Positions 42,429 through 54,524 of a DNA stretch of 64,000 bases are shown piece by piece. The translations under genes were made by a program, and so were the position numbers. The notes beneath the pieces were generated by a model. It was not told the origin of the DNA and did no database searches. It saw only the letters and a list, made by a program, of their open reading frames with translations. Origin of the DNA: Clostridia bacterium (GTDB lineage: Bacteria > Bacillota > Clostridia > TANB77 > CAG-508); the NCBI GenBank assembly GCA_045643205.1, contig JAZUKI010000006.1, positions 39,595 to 103,594 of the forward strand, in the 5' to 3' direction. How positions within the stretch are numbered: the stretch's first letter is position 1; each line of letters starts with the position of its first letter.

Positions 42429-44732
42429 CTAGTTTTGTGTATTTGCATTAACTGCCTCTTGCAATTTAACTGTTATAACAGTTCCTTCTTGCACCTCTTC
42501 ATTTGCTTTTGGTTCTTGAGCTATTACAACTCCTGTACCTGTACTAGAAATATTCAATTTCTTAGCTTCTACTATATTCTTTGCACTAGTAAATGAGAAT
42601 CCTTTTAAATCTGGAACAACAGTTTTAGTCTTCTCACTAGAACTAGATGTATATAATTTAACAACTCCACCTGAAGTTAACTTTGTTCCGCTTCTTGGAA
42701 CTTGTTCAACTATTTTATCTTCAACATTTCCATCGCAAGAATAATTTAGGTTTGCATTTGATAAATCTTTCTTTGCATCTCCTAATGTTTTATTTGTTAC
42801 ATCTGGTACAATTGTTGTTTCTTGTCCATTATTTGTCTTTTCGTTGTTTGATGGAATATTTAAATAAGGTAATACTTCAGAAAGAATTTGTGAAACAGCT
42901 GGCGCTGCAATTGTTCCTCCAAAGTGGCTTCCTACTGTTGGTTGATATAAAACAAACAAACATACAAGCTCTGTATTTTCTACAGGTGCAATTGATAAGA
43001 ACGATGCAACATATCCGTCTTCAGGATGTGCTGGATTTGGTTCTGCTGTACCAGTCTTTCCACCAACTGTATAACCTGAAACTTGTGCGTATGTTCCACC
43101 ACCTTTTTCAACAACATCTTTCATTATATCTTTCATTGTTGATGCTGTTTCTGGTGAAATAACTTGTCTTTCAACATTTGTTTCAACTTTTGAAATTATT
43201 CCAGTCTTAGGATCTTCAACTGCTTTTACTACATGTGGTGTAACCATAACTCCATCATTTGCTATAGCACTAACTGCTTTAACAAGTTGCATTGGAGTAA
43301 TGTTGAATCTTTGTCCAAATGACATTGTTGCTAACTCAACAGGTCCGACATTTTCTTCGCTCCAGAAATTACTACTACCTTCACTAGGTAAATCTATTCC
43401 TGTATCTTCAAATAATCCAAATCCATTGAAATATTTATACATTTTAGCTTTGCCAATTCTTTGTCCAATTTGTATTAATGCTGGATTACAAGAATTCATT
43501 AAGGCTAATCTTAAACTTTCTGAGCCATGTCCTGATGAACTTGCACATCTAATGTAAGAATCGCTAACCTTTATTCCTCCATTACAATAGTAATCACTTG
43601 TATTATCAACTTCAGATAATCCTTCTTCTATTGCTATCGATGCTACAATTGTTTTAAATGTTGAACCAGGTTCATAAGTATCAATTACATTTTTGTTTCT
43701 CCACATAGTGTAAATTATATTGCTTTTTTCTTCATCAGTCTTTTTATCATATCCATCTAAATAGAATGATGTTGGTGTATAAGGATCATTTAAATTGTAA
43801 TCTGGATATGTAGCCATTGCATAGATTTCTCCTGTTTTTGGATTCTCAATTAAACAGGTTCCACCTCTTTTGCATCCATGTTCTTCAACTGCTTGTTTTA
43901 AATATTTTTCTACAACAGCTTGAATATTTGAATCGATTGTTAAGTAAATGTTGCTTCCATTCTTAGGTGCAATATAAACTTCATTTGCATCAGGAATTTC
44001 ATCTTGTGTTCCTGAAATAGCTGTTGATTGTTTTCCATTAATTCCTTTTAAAACATCATCATAACTTGCTTCTATACCATCAAGTCCTTGTCCATCAACG
44101 CCGCAAGTACCAATTAAGTTAGATGCTAAATTATTATATGGATAATATCTCTTTGTATCTTCATCAATGTTAATTCCAGATGAAATTTTATTTTCTTTCA
44201 TCCAAACTTTTAATTCATCAACTTTAGAAACTTCTACTTTACTAACAATTGTTTCTACACTCTTTTTACTATTTAATTTTTCTAAAACTTTTTCATATTC
44301 TAATTCGAAAAGTTCACTAAATTCTTTTGCTAACTTTTCTCTGATGATTACTTTTTCATCATCTTCTTTATCATATCCAATATAGCTTGGATTAATAGTA
44401 ATAGTATCAACTTGAGCACTAATAGCTAGAGCCTTTCCATTACTATCATAAATTCTTCCTCTTTTTGCAGTGATAACACTATTTGATGTTGATTGTGCAT
44501 ATTGTCTATTTTTAATTTCAACGCCTCTAGCAATTTGCCAGTATCCAACTTGAATTAAAAGTCCTAATAAGCACACTAAAAGTATTACAAGTGCAAACAA
44601 AGAACGACCAAAAGTTCTTCTTAAAAGATTACCTTGTCTCTTGGTCTTTTCTGGTTTTATGTTTTTTACTTTACCTGTATTAGGCTTTTGATTTAAGCGT
44701 CTTTCGTCTTTCATCTTCTTCCTTAAAAACAA
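42429..44732 (-). CDS. Class B penicillin-binding protein (SpoVD/FtsI-like) with two PASTA domains
   Basis: STFK, SCN, KTG motifs; RGRIYD dimerisation domain; VPDV and VPDL PASTA starts. Confidence 0.92.
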   Translation of the reverse strand: MFLRKKMKDERRLNQKPNTGKVKNIKPEKTKRQGNLLRRTFGRSLFALVILLVCLLGLLIQVGYWQIARGVEIKNRQYAQSTSNSVITAKRGRIYDSNGKALAISAQVDTITINPSYIGYDKEDDEKVIIREKLAKEFSELFELEYEKVLEKLNSKKSVETIVSKVEVSKVDELKVWMKENKISSGINIDEDTKRYYPYNNLASNLIGTCGVDGQGLDGIEASYDDVLKGINGKQSTAISGTQDEIPDANEVYIAPKNGSNIYLTIDSNIQAVVEKYLKQAVEEHGCKRGGTCLIENPKTGEIYAMATYPDYNLNDPYTPTSFYLDGYDKKTDEEKSNIIYTMWRNKNVIDTYEPGSTFKTIVASIAIEEGLSEVDNTSDYYCNGGIKVSDSYIRCASSSGHGSESLRLALMNSCNPALIQIGQRIGKAKMYKYFNGFGLFEDTGIDLPSEGSSNFWSEENVGPVELATMSFGQRFNITPMQLVKAVSAIANDGVMVTPHVVKAVEDPKTGIISKVETNVERQVISPETASTMKDIMKDVVEKGGGTYAQVSGYTVGGKTGTAEPNPAHPEDGYVASFLSIAPVENTELVCLFVLYQPTVGSHFGGTIAAPAVSQILSEVLPYLNIPSNNEKTNNGQETTIVPDVTNKTLGDAKKDLSNANLNYSCDGNVEDKIVEQVPRSGTKLTSGGVVKLYTSSSSEKTKTVVPDLKGFSFTSAKNIVEAKKLNISSTGTGVVIAQEPKANEEVQEGTVITVKLQEAVNANTQN

Positions 44733-44793
44733 TATTCCAAATTATCATATTAATTTTATACGAACGCGCTTAATTATTCAACAAAACTATCAA

Positions 44794-44824
44794 AAAAGTT
44801 GTGCAAATTTCTTTGCACAACTTT
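44794..44824 (-). terminator. ftsH terminator
   Basis: aaagttgtgcaaa / tttgcacaacttt. Confidence 0.8.
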
Positions 44825-44889
44825 AAATTCATAATTTTATTTTAATTGCTAAATTTTAGTTTGTTTAATTTTTTTATTTGATTTTGTAA

Positions 44890-46719
44890 TTACATTTCTT
44901 CTGTTTTAAGTCCATCACCAAAGATTTGGTCAAACTCTTGTCCTGTAATCTTTTCTTTATCAATTAAAACTGCTGCAACAGCATCAAGTTTATCTCTATG
45001 GCTGTTTAAGATTTCTTTTGCTTGATCATAAGCTGAATCTATTATCTTTTTAATTTCAGCATCTATGATAGCTGCTGTTCCTTCAGAATAAGTCTTTTCT
45101 TGGCCCCAATCTCTTCCGATAAACACTTCTTCAGAATCTGAACCAAATGTAATTGTTCCAACTTTATCACTCATACCATATTTAGTAACCATTGCTTTTG
45201 CAATCTTTGTTGCTCTTTCAATATCGTTACTTGCACCAGTAGAAATATCTCCGATAACAAGTTCTTCTGCAACTCTACCACCAAGAAGTGAAACAATATT
45301 TTCATACATTTCTGTTCTTGAAATAAAATTCTTATCTTCTGTTGGTCTATACATTGTATATCCACCAGCTTGACCTCTTGGAATAATTGAAATTTCATGT
45401 ACAGGATCTTGTGATGGTAAGTAATGACTAACTACTGCATGTCCACCTTCATGATAAGAAACAAGTTTCTTATCTTTGTCTGTTCTAACTCTAGTTGTTT
45501 TTTCAGGTCCCATTGTAATCTTAACCATTGCATTTTCAATATCTTTTTCTGTTATTGCTTCTTGGTTATGTCTTGCTGCAAGTAATGCAGCTTCATTTAA
45601 TAAGTTTTCTAGGTCTGCTCCAACAAATCCTGAAGTATTCTTAGCAATAAGTTTTAAATCAACTGTAGAATCAAATTTCTTTTGCTTTGCATGAACATTA
45701 AGAATTTGTTCTCTAGCTTTTACATCAGGTGGTGAAACCATAATTTGTCTATCAAATCTTCCTGGTCTTAATAATGCTTTATCTAGGATGTCAGGTCTGT
45801 TTGTTGCTGCTAAAACAACAACGCCTTCATTCTTTGCAAATCCATCCATTTCAACAAGCATTTGATTTAATGTTTGTTCTCTTTCATCATGTCCGCCACC
45901 AAGACCTGCGCCTCTTTGACGTCCAACAGCATCAATTTCATCTATAAAGATAATTGATGGAGCATTTTTCTTTGCTTCTTCAAATAAATCTCTAACTCTA
46001 GATGCACCAACACCAACAAACATTTCAACAAAATCAGAACCAGAAATGAAGAAGAATGGAACTCCTGCTTCACCTGCAACTGCTTTTGCTAACAATGTTT
46101 TACCAGTACCAGGTTGTCCTACTAATAAAACTCCCTTTGGTATTCTAGCACCCATATCTGTATATTTTTTAGGATTCTTTAAGAAATCAACTATTTCCTC
46201 TAGTTCCTCTTTTTCTTCATCAATTCCTGCTACATCAGCAAATGTAACTTTTGTTTTACTATTATTGTTAATTTGTTTTGCTCTACTCTTACCAAATCCT
46301 AATGTACCACTTGAACTACTTGATCCCTTTGGTCCACCTACTAATAGTAAGAATAACATTATAATCATACCAAATATTGCAATTTTATAAATCATATCAG
46401 TAACAATTGAAAGAAAAGGTTCATCTTCTTGAATTACCTTAACTTGATTGCTAGTCATTTCAGCATTTAAATTGTCCATTAAATTTTCAACATTTGGAAT
46501 ATTTACATTATATGTTTTTCCAGTTTCTTTAAATTTTACTATAGCACTCTCTTTGCCATACTCAATTCTAATCTCTTCAACTTTTCCTGCTCTTGCTTCA
46601 GAAATCATCTCTGAATAATCCATTTTTCCAGTTATACTTTCAAATATTGATGGAATTACAAAGATTAATATAGCTAATAGAATTCCCCATATAGCAAGTG
46701 TTTTAATTCCGTTTTTCAA
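44890..46719 (-). CDS. ftsH: ATP-dependent zinc metalloprotease FtsH
   Basis: Two [22 protein letters not shown]. Confidence 0.97.
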   Translation of the reverse strand: MKNGIKTLAIWGILLAILIFVIPSIFESITGKMDYSEMISEARAGKVEEIRIEYGKESAIVKFKETGKTYNVNIPNVENLMDNLNAEMTSNQVKVIQEDEPFLSIVTDMIYKIAIFGMIIMLFLLLVGGPKGSSSSSGTLGFGKSRAKQINNNSKTKVTFADVAGIDEEKEELEEIVDFLKNPKKYTDMGARIPKGVLLVGQPGTGKTLLAKAVAGEAGVPFFFISGSDFVEMFVGVGASRVRDLFEEAKKNAPSIIFIDEIDAVGRQRGAGLGGGHDEREQTLNQMLVEMDGFAKNEGVVVLAATNRPDILDKALLRPGRFDRQIMVSPPDVKAREQILNVHAKQKKFDSTVDLKLIAKNTSGFVGADLENLLNEAALLAARHNQEAITEKDIENAMVKITMGPEKTTRVRTDKDKKLVSYHEGGHAVVSHYLPSQDPVHEISIIPRGQAGGYTMYRPTEDKNFISRTEMYENIVSLLGGRVAEELVIGDISTGASNDIERATKIAKAMVTKYGMSDKVGTITFGSDSEEVFIGRDWGQEKTYSEGTAAIIDAEIKKIIDSAYDQAKEILNSHRDKLDAVAAVLIDKEKITGQEFDQIFGDGLKTEEM

Positions 46720-46894
46720 AACATTTCCTCCTTTGTTTTTCGTGTCTAATTTAATTTATCATAAGAATTTTAATTATTCAATAATCTAGTTTTCATAATT
46801 GTATGATATTTTTAGAAACAATTAATACATCTCGATTAATTCAAATAATTGCTTAAATTAATTACTATATTAATCATATCTAAATAAAAATTAA

Positions 46895-47902
46895 TTATCT
46901 TAATTCGATTAATTCAAATACTAATGTTCCTTTGCTTATGCTAACTTTAATATTCTTCTTTATAAAAATATATTTGTTTCCAACATTATTATTTGCAAGT
47001 TCTATAACATCATCAATATTAACTTTGCTAATGTCTTTCACAGTTCCTGCTAAATCATTAATTGTATAAATGATCAAATTTGTTCGAATAGAATTTTCTA
47101 ATTTATTAAATTCTTTTAATTCAAAACAAACTGTATTTCTATTTTCTTTTTTTGCAATCTTAGTAAAAGTTTTTGCACTTTCTTGAGTAACAAAATCATT
47201 ATTTTCTTTTACTATTTTTGAAGTTCTTGATAATGTCTCAACAATATTAGGATTAAACTCTTTAAGCAACGGAAGAACTTTATGTCTAATTTCATTTCTT
47301 TTATAAATATCTTCACTATTAGTTGAATCAATTCTAGGTTGTAAATTGTTTTCTTCACAATAATTTTCAATTTCATCTCTAGAACATTCAATTAAAGGTC
47401 TAATATATTTTCCATACTCTTGTACTTGAATTCCTTCTAATCCACTAAGTCCGCTACCTCTAATCAAATTAAGTAAAACAGTTTCTGCATTATCATTCAT
47501 ATTATGTGCAATTGCAATTTTATTTGCATTATATTTTTTTGCAACTTCATCAAAGAAATCATAACGAATTTTTCGTCCAACTTCTTCTTCTCCTCTTTTT
47601 TCTTTCTTTGCAATTTCACTAACATCTGCTCTTTTTACTTCACATGGAATCCCTAATTCCTTGCATAGATTTTCCACAAACTGTTCATCATCTGTGGAAT
47701 CTTTTCTAATCAAATGGTTAACATGTGCAACTACTAATTTGTATTGAAACTTTTCTTTATATTTATTTAAACATGTTAATAAAGTAATAGAGTCAGGGCC
47801 TCCTGAAACCCCGACAACTACTACATCATTTATCTTTATTAAATTATATTTTTTAATTGTGTTTAAAAACTTTTCTTCAACAATATTTAAACGTTGTGCC
47901 AA
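46895..47902 (-). CDS. tilS: tRNA(Ile)-lysidine synthetase (short form)
   Basis: SGGPDS PP-loop, AHNMNDNAET, IRPL, DSTN. Confidence 0.93.
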   Translation of the reverse strand: MAQRLNIVEEKFLNTIKKYNLIKINDVVVVGVSGGPDSITLLTCLNKYKEKFQYKLVVAHVNHLIRKDSTDDEQFVENLCKELGIPCEVKRADVSEIAKKEKRGEEEVGRKIRYDFFDEVAKKYNANKIAIAHNMNDNAETVLLNLIRGSGLSGLEGIQVQEYGKYIRPLIECSRDEIENYCEENNLQPRIDSTNSEDIYKRNEIRHKVLPLLKEFNPNIVETLSRTSKIVKENNDFVTQESAKTFTKIAKKENRNTVCFELKEFNKLENSIRTNLIIYTINDLAGTVKDISKVNIDDVIELANNNVGNKYIFIKKNIKVSISKGTLVFELIELR

Positions 47903-47988
47903 ATTAGTACCTCGCTAGTTTTATTACTATCAATATTTAATCTAATAAATAGATTATAAATATTTATTAATCACCTAATGAATATTTA

Positions 47989-49317
47989 TTAATCGCCATT
48001 ATATTTGTTAGCGAACTTTGTATATTGTGGCATCCACAATAATTCTGCTGTTCCTAATGGGCCTGATCTGTTCTTAGAAATAATAATTTCTGCTATATTA
48101 GGCTTTTCAGATTCTTGATTATAATAATCATCTCTATAGATAAACATTACAACGTCAGCATCTTGCTCGATTGATCCAGATTCACGTAAATCTTGAAGCA
48201 TAGGTCTATGGTCAGGTCTTGCTTCTGGAGCACGTGATAGTTGTGATAACGCAATAACTGGAATAGCTAATTCTTTAGCTAGGATTTTTAAAGATCTTGA
48301 AATTTCTGCAATTTCTTGCTCACGTGAATTTGTTTTTCCGCTTCCTGTAATCAATTGTAAGTAGTCAATAACTACTAATCCAATATCTTTTTCAATTTTT
48401 AATTTTCTACATTTTGCTCTTATTTCAGCAACTGTAATTCCTGGTGTATCATCAATTATAATTCCTGAAGAATCTGAAAGTTCTCCTGCAGCTGTTGCAA
48501 GTTTGCTCCATTCATCATCTTCTATTTCACCTTTTTGAACTTTTGAACTATCAACCATTGCTTGTGAACATAGAATTCTGTTTGCACATTGTTCCTTTGA
48601 CATTTCAAGTGAGAAAACAACTACTGGAGTATTACTATTTAATGCAGCATTAGATGCTATATTCAATGCAAATGCTGTTTTACCCATAGAAGGTCTAGCT
48701 GCAATTAATACTAATTCATCTTTATGAAATCCTGATGTTTTATTATCAAGATCAATAAATCCTGATGCAACACCAGTAATGTGTTTTTTGTTTTTATATA
48801 ACTCTTGTAAATTTTCAAATGATTCAACAAGAATATTTTTGATTGAATCATATCCATTTTGAGTTTTCTTTTGCATGATGTTAAAAATTTTCTTCTCAGC
48901 ATCATCCATAATATTAGTTACATCTTCTTGTTGACTATAACCCAAACTAATTAATTCATTTGCAGTTTTAATCAAACTTCTCAAAATTGATTTTTCTTCA
49001 ACAATGTTTACGTATTTTTCAACATTTGCTGTTGTAGGAACTTTTTCTGGAAGACTAGCTAAATACTCAAGACCTCCAACACTATCAATTTTGCCCATTG
49101 AAACTAGTTCTTCTTTTACTGTAATAATATCAATTGGCTCGCCTTTTGCGTAAACATTCATAATAGCTTCATAAATAGTGGCATTGTCACTTCTATAAAA
49201 ATCTTCTGATTTTAAACTCTCAATAGCTGAAACAACTGCTTCTTGATCAGTCAACATACTTCCAATAACAGCTTGTTCTGCTTCTTCATCGTGTGGTGGA
49301 ATTTTTTGAAGTTCCAT
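47989..49317 (-). CDS. dnaB: Replicative DNA helicase
   Basis: AARPSMGKT, IDYLQL, LSQLSR, DLRESGSIEQDAD. Confidence 0.97.
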   Translation of the reverse strand: MELQKIPPHDEEAEQAVIGSMLTDQEAVVSAIESLKSEDFYRSDNATIYEAIMNVYAKGEPIDIITVKEELVSMGKIDSVGGLEYLASLPEKVPTTANVEKYVNIVEEKSILRSLIKTANELISLGYSQQEDVTNIMDDAEKKIFNIMQKKTQNGYDSIKNILVESFENLQELYKNKKHITGVASGFIDLDNKTSGFHKDELVLIAARPSMGKTAFALNIASNAALNSNTPVVVFSLEMSKEQCANRILCSQAMVDSSKVQKGEIEDDEWSKLATAAGELSDSSGIIIDDTPGITVAEIRAKCRKLKIEKDIGLVVIDYLQLITGSGKTNSREQEIAEISRSLKILAKELAIPVIALSQLSRAPEARPDHRPMLQDLRESGSIEQDADVVMFIYRDDYYNQESEKPNIAEIIISKNRSGPLGTAELLWMPQYTKFANKYNGD

Positions 49318-49318
49318 A

Positions 49319-49765
49319 TTATTCTCCTTCGATTTTTACTTTTAAACTTCCATTAACACCTTCAAACAATTTAATATTTACATTTTCCATTCCAATTGTT
49401 TTTATTGTTTCTTTTAGGTCTATCTTTTTCTTATCAACTTCAATTTTATGTTGAAGTTTTAATTGTTCTGAAATTTCTTTTGATGTAACACCACCAAAAA
49501 TTTTTCCGTTTTCTCCTGCTTTTACTTTTATAACTAATGTAATATCTTTTAATTTTTCTCTTATTTCTTCTGCTTCTTGTTTCTCGACGCTCTTTTTATA
49601 TGCATGTGAATCTTGCTTTGCTTTTAATTTTGCAAGATTTGCATTATTAGCTTCGACTGCTTTTCCTTTAGGGATTAAAAAGTTTCTTGCGTATCCATCA
49701 TTTGCATCAATAATTTGATCTTTGTAACCAACGCCTTTAATGTTGTCTAATAGTATAACTTTCAT
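49319..49765 (-). CDS. rplI: 50S ribosomal protein L9
   Basis: MKVILL...GYARNFLIP...GKIFG. Confidence 0.97.
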   Translation of the reverse strand: MKVILLDNIKGVGYKDQIIDANDGYARNFLIPKGKAVEANNANLAKLKAKQDSHAYKKSVEKQEAEEIREKLKDITLVIKVKAGENGKIFGGVTSKEISEQLKLQHKIEVDKKKIDLKETIKTIGMENVNIKLFEGVNGSLKVKIEGE

Positions 49766-49861
49766 GTTGTACTCCTTTCTAATCTATTTAATTTTTTTAA
49801 AGAAATGTTGTGTTTTTTTGTTCCTTTAGAAACATCACTTAACTTTTTTAAAGAAACATTA

Positions 49862-51907
49862 TTAACTTTCTGTTTCAAAGAAATATTCATTTATTCTATT
49901 TATTAATTCTTGCTTAGCTTCTTCTAATGTTAAACCTTCAATTTGTGCACCGGCTAAAGTTATGTGACCACCGCCACCTAACTTTTCAAGTATTAATTGA
50001 ACATTTATATCTCCAATTGATCTACCACTTATATAAATTTTTTCATTCATTTTTGTTAAAACAAATGAAGCAACAATTCCACCAATAGTTAATAATTCAT
50101 CTGCTGCCTTTGCTGCAATTATATTAGCATTTGCATCTTCTTTGTCATAAATAGCTATTGCAATATTGTTATTCATAATTTCAGATGAAGAAACAATTGC
50201 AGATATGTTTTGATATGTAACAATATCACTTTGGAACCATTTCTTAACTTTAATAATATCAACACCATTTCTACGTAAAAATGCTGCTGCTTCAAAAGTT
50301 CTTACACCTGTTTTAAATGTGAAGTTCTTTGTATCAAGCATGATTCCTGAATATAATGCTTCAACTTCTAATTCTGTTAATTCAACTTTTTCAGTTGCAT
50401 ATTCTAATATTTCAGTTACTAATTCACATGCAGAAGATGCGTATACTTCTTGGAATGTTAATAAAGCTCTATTAATAAAATCTGTGCTTCTTCTATGGTG
50501 ATCAATAATAACTATTCTTTCAACTCTTTCTAATACTTCTGGAGAATCTACATAATTTTCTCTACTTGTATCTGTTACAATTAATAATGTTTTATCTGTT
50601 ATCAAATCTAAAGCTTCATCTGTTTTTATTATGATGTTCTCATACTCTGGTAATTGTTTTAGCTTATCAACAAAACCTTCAATTCCAATTCCTAATGTAT
50701 TATTTACAATGTATGCATCCTTGCCTAAAGTTTTTACTAATCTATATAATCCCATGCAAGAACCAATTGCATCCATATCACTATTGCTATGGCCCATTAA
50801 TAAAACATTATCTGACTCTTCAATTAATTTATGAAGTCCATGAGAAATCATTCTAGCCTTAACTTTTGTTCTCTTCTCAACCTCACTTGTTCTTCCACCG
50901 AAGAACTTATAATTATCATTTTCTTTTATAATAGCTTGGTCTCCACCTCTACCAAGTGCAATATCAATAACTGCTCTTGCAGATTCAACCTTCTTTATTC
51001 CTGTATTTCCATCATCTGAAAAAGCAATACTTAATGTTGCTGGAACACTATCTGGAAATTCAACTGTCTTTACATCATTTAATATGCTAAACTTATCAGC
51101 ATTCATTTTTTCAATTGAAGCATGATTTGCAACACAATAGAATGTATCTTTTTCTGTTTTAACCATTACTACATCATATTTAGATGTATAATCATAAATT
51201 TTCTTTTCTACTTGTGCAATAAATACTGGTCTAACTTCTGAAGTCATTCTTTGTGAGATTTCTTCATAGTTATCAATCATAATTATACCCATTGATAAAT
51301 CTTGATCTTCAACCTTTTGTTTCAAAGCTTTGATTTCTGTTTCATCAATAAAATAAAGAATCATAACATAATCGTTCTCTTTTTTAGCTGTTTCAGACTC
51401 TTTCTTTTTATTCTTTTTATGTTCATTATTTACTTTAATATATGAACCTAATAGACGATAATTTTTATTGTTAATTAAAGTTTCAATATTAATATCGCCC
51501 TTGTTCTTTTCTTCATTAATAACATTTGCTTTAATCTTATCAGCAATATCCACTAAAACATTGCTCATATCTACTTCTGCAAATGTACTTACAAACTTTT
51601 CGCTCTTCCAAACCATGCTGCCATTAGCATCAATGATTGAAAGTGGAAATGGTGAATTGATAAGGGTAGTTTTTGCAGTAGAACCAACTTTAGTTGATAA
51701 ATCTTCTATTGCCTGTGTTAGTTCTGTTTTTCTCTTATTTGAAGACCAAACTGCATACAAAATAACAAGCCCATAGAAAATAATTGCTACAGGTATCAAA
51801 AAATAATTGTAAAAACAAATTACAACTTCCAATAATGCTATTATGATTAGATAAACTTTAGTACGTAAAACAATACCTACATTTTTTGAATCATTGTTTT
51901 TTTGCAT
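49862..51907 (-). CDS. gdpP: c-di-AMP phosphodiesterase GdpP (YybT)
   Basis: Two TM, degenerate GGDEF region (RGGDQ), IDHHR, GGGGH; upstream of rplI. Confidence 0.93.
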   Translation of the reverse strand: MQKNNDSKNVGIVLRTKVYLIIIALLEVVICFYNYFLIPVAIIFYGLVILYAVWSSNKRKTELTQAIEDLSTKVGSTAKTTLINSPFPLSIIDANGSMVWKSEKFVSTFAEVDMSNVLVDIADKIKANVINEEKNKGDINIETLINNKNYRLLGSYIKVNNEHKKNKKKESETAKKENDYVMILYFIDETEIKALKQKVEDQDLSMGIIMIDNYEEISQRMTSEVRPVFIAQVEKKIYDYTSKYDVVMVKTEKDTFYCVANHASIEKMNADKFSILNDVKTVEFPDSVPATLSIAFSDDGNTGIKKVESARAVIDIALGRGGDQAIIKENDNYKFFGGRTSEVEKRTKVKARMISHGLHKLIEESDNVLLMGHSNSDMDAIGSCMGLYRLVKTLGKDAYIVNNTLGIGIEGFVDKLKQLPEYENIIIKTDEALDLITDKTLLIVTDTSRENYVDSPEVLERVERIVIIDHHRRSTDFINRALLTFQEVYASSACELVTEILEYATEKVELTELEVEALYSGIMLDTKNFTFKTGVRTFEAAAFLRRNGVDIIKVKKWFQSDIVTYQNISAIVSSSEIMNNNIAIAIYDKEDANANIIAAKAADELLTIGGIVASFVLTKMNEKIYISGRSIGDINVQLILEKLGGGGHITLAGAQIEGLTLEEAKQELINRINEYFFETES

Positions 51908-51941
51908 AAAATCCCTTTCTTATCACATTTTTACATGTTAT

Positions 51942-52052
51942 ATTCTATATTATTAAAGCTTATTTGTCAAACAAAAATAGGCTTTTCAAAGCCTTGAATT
52001 TACGAAACTTTCACAACGTTTTATTGACTAGATATGGTATTTATTGTAAAAT
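51942..52052. promoter_or_regulatory. Divergent SigA promoters (gdpP operon and Clp ATPase)
   Basis: Minus strand TTGACA (51970-51965)-17-TAGAAT; plus strand TTGACT (52024)-17-TAAAAT (52047). Confidence 0.7.
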
Positions 52053-52105
52053 ATGTTTTATGGAAATACACAACAAAAAATACGACAGAATTGGAGATGA
52101 TTTAT

Positions 52106-54466
52106 ATGTTATGTTCAGATTGCAACAAAAATGCTGCAGTTATTTTTATTGAAGATAAAGAAAAAGATGAAAATGGAAATGCCATTAAGCATGGCTACTG
52201 CGTAGCTTGTGCCAAAAAAAGAGGTATTTCTGCTATTTCAACAGATAATTTAAATAATGTTAGATCTCTAACAGACGAAGATATAAAAAATATGACAACT
52301 CAATTAAACTCAATGTTAGATGATTTAGCAGGTAATTTAGCTCAACAAGGCATTGATATTAATGACCCTCAAACTCTTGAAGAGTTAAATGATGAAATGG
52401 ACTCATCTGTTGATAATATTGATGGAAATGGTGTAAATGGTATGGGGTTTGCCATTCCTTTAGGCAATATTTTTGGAAAAAGATCAACAAATCAAGAAGA
52501 TAACTCTTCTGATGGAAAAACAAAGGTAAAAACTAAAGAAAAAACTACTAAAAAGCGTAAATTTCTTGAATCTTTTGGTACAAACCTTACTGCACAAGCA
52601 AGAGCAGGTAAAATAGATAAAGTAATCGGTAGAGAAAAAGAAATTTCTAGAATGATTCAAATATTAAACAGACGTACAAAAAACAATCCTTGTTTAATAG
52701 GTGAACCTGGTGTAGGAAAAACAGCTATTGCCCAAGGTCTTGCTTTAAAGATCGTTGAAGGCGATGTTCCTGCAAAATTAATGAAAAAAGAAGTTTATCT
52801 ATTAGATATGACAGCTATAGTCGCAGGTACGCAATTTAGAGGCCAATTTGAAGGAAGAATGAAAGCCATAATTGATGAATGTAAAGTTGATGGAAATGTT
52901 ATTCTTGTAATAGATGAAATACACAACATCATTGGTGCAGGCGATGCAGATCATACAATGAATGCTGCTAATATTTTAAAACCTTCATTAGCAAATGGAA
53001 CTATCCAATTAATAGGTACTACAACACTTGCTGAGTACAGAAAACATATTGAAAAAGATTCAGCACTTGAAAGAAGATTTCAACCTGTAATTGTTGAAGA
53101 ACCTTCAGTTGAAGACTCTATCAATATTATCGAAGGTATAAAATCATATTATGAGAACTTCCATAAAGTTCAAATTTCAAACGACGTTATTAGAAAACTT
53201 GTTAACCTATCTGAAAAATATATTCATGATAGATTTTTACCAGATAAAGCAATTGATGTTTTAGATGAAGCATGTTCAAGAATTAATTTAGATAATAAAG
53301 ATTTATATACATTAGAAGTTTTAAAACATAAACTAGCTGATATTCAATCTCAAAAAGAAGAAGCTGCAAATGCTGATTCTACTGATGATTACAAAAAAGC
53401 AGCTGAATTAAAAATGCAAGAATGTTCAATCACTGATCAAATAAAAGAACTTGAATCAAAAATGACTCCAAAAGAATTAACACTTGAAGATATTGCAAAA
53501 GTTATTGAAGGTTGGACAAAGATTCCTGTTCAAAAAATAACAGAAGAAGAAACTCAAAAACTAATTAATCTTGAAGATAATCTTCATAAAAGAATTATTG
53601 GTCAAAACGATGCTGTTAGTGCTGTTTCAAGAGCTATAAGAAGAAACAGAGCCGGATTAAAAAGTACTCGCCGTCCTCCATCATTTATATTTGTTGGACC
53701 TACTGGTGTTGGTAAAACAGAACTTTCAAAAGCATTATCAGTTGAAATGTTTGGAAATGAAGATTCTATTATAAGAGTTGACATGTCTGAATATATGGAA
53801 AGCAACTCTACAGCTAAATTAATTGGTGCACCTCCAGGATATGTTGGTTATGATGATGCAGGTCAATTAACAGAAAAAGTTAAAAGACATCCTTACTCAA
53901 TTGTTTTATTAGACGAAATTGAAAAAGCTCATCCTGATGTATTCAATATGTTACTACAAATATTAGACGATGGTAGATTAACAGATGCCCATGGAAATAC
54001 AGTAAGTTTTGAAAACACAATAATCATTATGACTTCAAATGCAGGTTCAAACTTAAATACAAATTCAATTGGATTTGGTTCACAATCTGAAATGCGTAAA
54101 AATAAAATTATTGACAGTTTAAAAGATACATTTAGACCAGAATTTTTAAATAGAGTCGATGAAATAATTGTTTTTGAAGCATTACAACCTAAAGAATTAA
54201 GAATGATTGTTGATTTAATGTTAAATGATACACAAAAAGTTTTAGATGATAAAAATATTAAGATGTTTGTAACAGATGAAGCAAAAGACTTCTTACAAGA
54301 AAAAGGAACAGATGTTAAATATGGTGCACGTCCATTAAGACGTACTATAGAAAAATACATTGAAGATGCCTTATCTGATATGATACTAAGAGGCAATTTA
54401 AAAAATGGCCAAAAAGTATTTGTTGATTTAAATAATGCTGAATTAAAATTTAGCGTTGAAGACTAA
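52106..54466 (+). CDS. ClpE-like Clp ATPase with N-terminal zinc finger
   Basis: CSDC...CVAC, two AAA+ modules, SIGF loop; start moved to ATG 52106. Confidence 0.9.
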   Translation: MLCSDCNKNAAVIFIEDKEKDENGNAIKHGYCVACAKKRGISAISTDNLNNVRSLTDEDIKNMTTQLNSMLDDLAGNLAQQGIDINDPQTLEELNDEMDSSVDNIDGNGVNGMGFAIPLGNIFGKRSTNQEDNSSDGKTKVKTKEKTTKKRKFLESFGTNLTAQARAGKIDKVIGREKEISRMIQILNRRTKNNPCLIGEPGVGKTAIAQGLALKIVEGDVPAKLMKKEVYLLDMTAIVAGTQFRGQFEGRMKAIIDECKVDGNVILVIDEIHNIIGAGDADHTMNAANILKPSLANGTIQLIGTTTLAEYRKHIEKDSALERRFQPVIVEEPSVEDSINIIEGIKSYYENFHKVQISNDVIRKLVNLSEKYIHDRFLPDKAIDVLDEACSRINLDNKDLYTLEVLKHKLADIQSQKEEAANADSTDDYKKAAELKMQECSITDQIKELESKMTPKELTLEDIAKVIEGWTKIPVQKITEEETQKLINLEDNLHKRIIGQNDAVSAVSRAIRRNRAGLKSTRRPPSFIFVGPTGVGKTELSKALSVEMFGNEDSIIRVDMSEYMESNSTAKLIGAPPGYVGYDDAGQLTEKVKRHPYSIVLLDEIEKAHPDVFNMLLQILDDGRLTDAHGNTVSFENTIIIMTSNAGSNLNTNSIGFGSQSEMRKNKIIDSLKDTFRPEFLNRVDEIIVFEALQPKELRMIVDLMLNDTQKVLDDKNIKMFVTDEAKDFLQEKGTDVKYGARPLRRTIEKYIEDALSDMILRGNLKNGQKVFVDLNNAELKFSVED

Positions 54467-54487
54467 ATATAGTTATTTAAACAAAGA

Positions 54488-54518
54488 AAAACCGAGTACC
54501 TATTAAGGTGCTCGGTTT
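54488..54518. terminator. Bidirectional terminator
   Basis: aaaccgagtacct / aggtgctcggttt. Confidence 0.75.
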
Positions 54519-54524
54519 AAGTTT

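Noticed and set aside
46895-47902. Short TilS as a pseudogene
   Set aside because: Catalytic motifs are intact and short TilS forms lacking the last domain are known
52106-54466. Second Clp ATPase as a novel duplication
   Set aside because: Zn-finger ClpE-like paralogues alongside ClpC are common in Firmicutes
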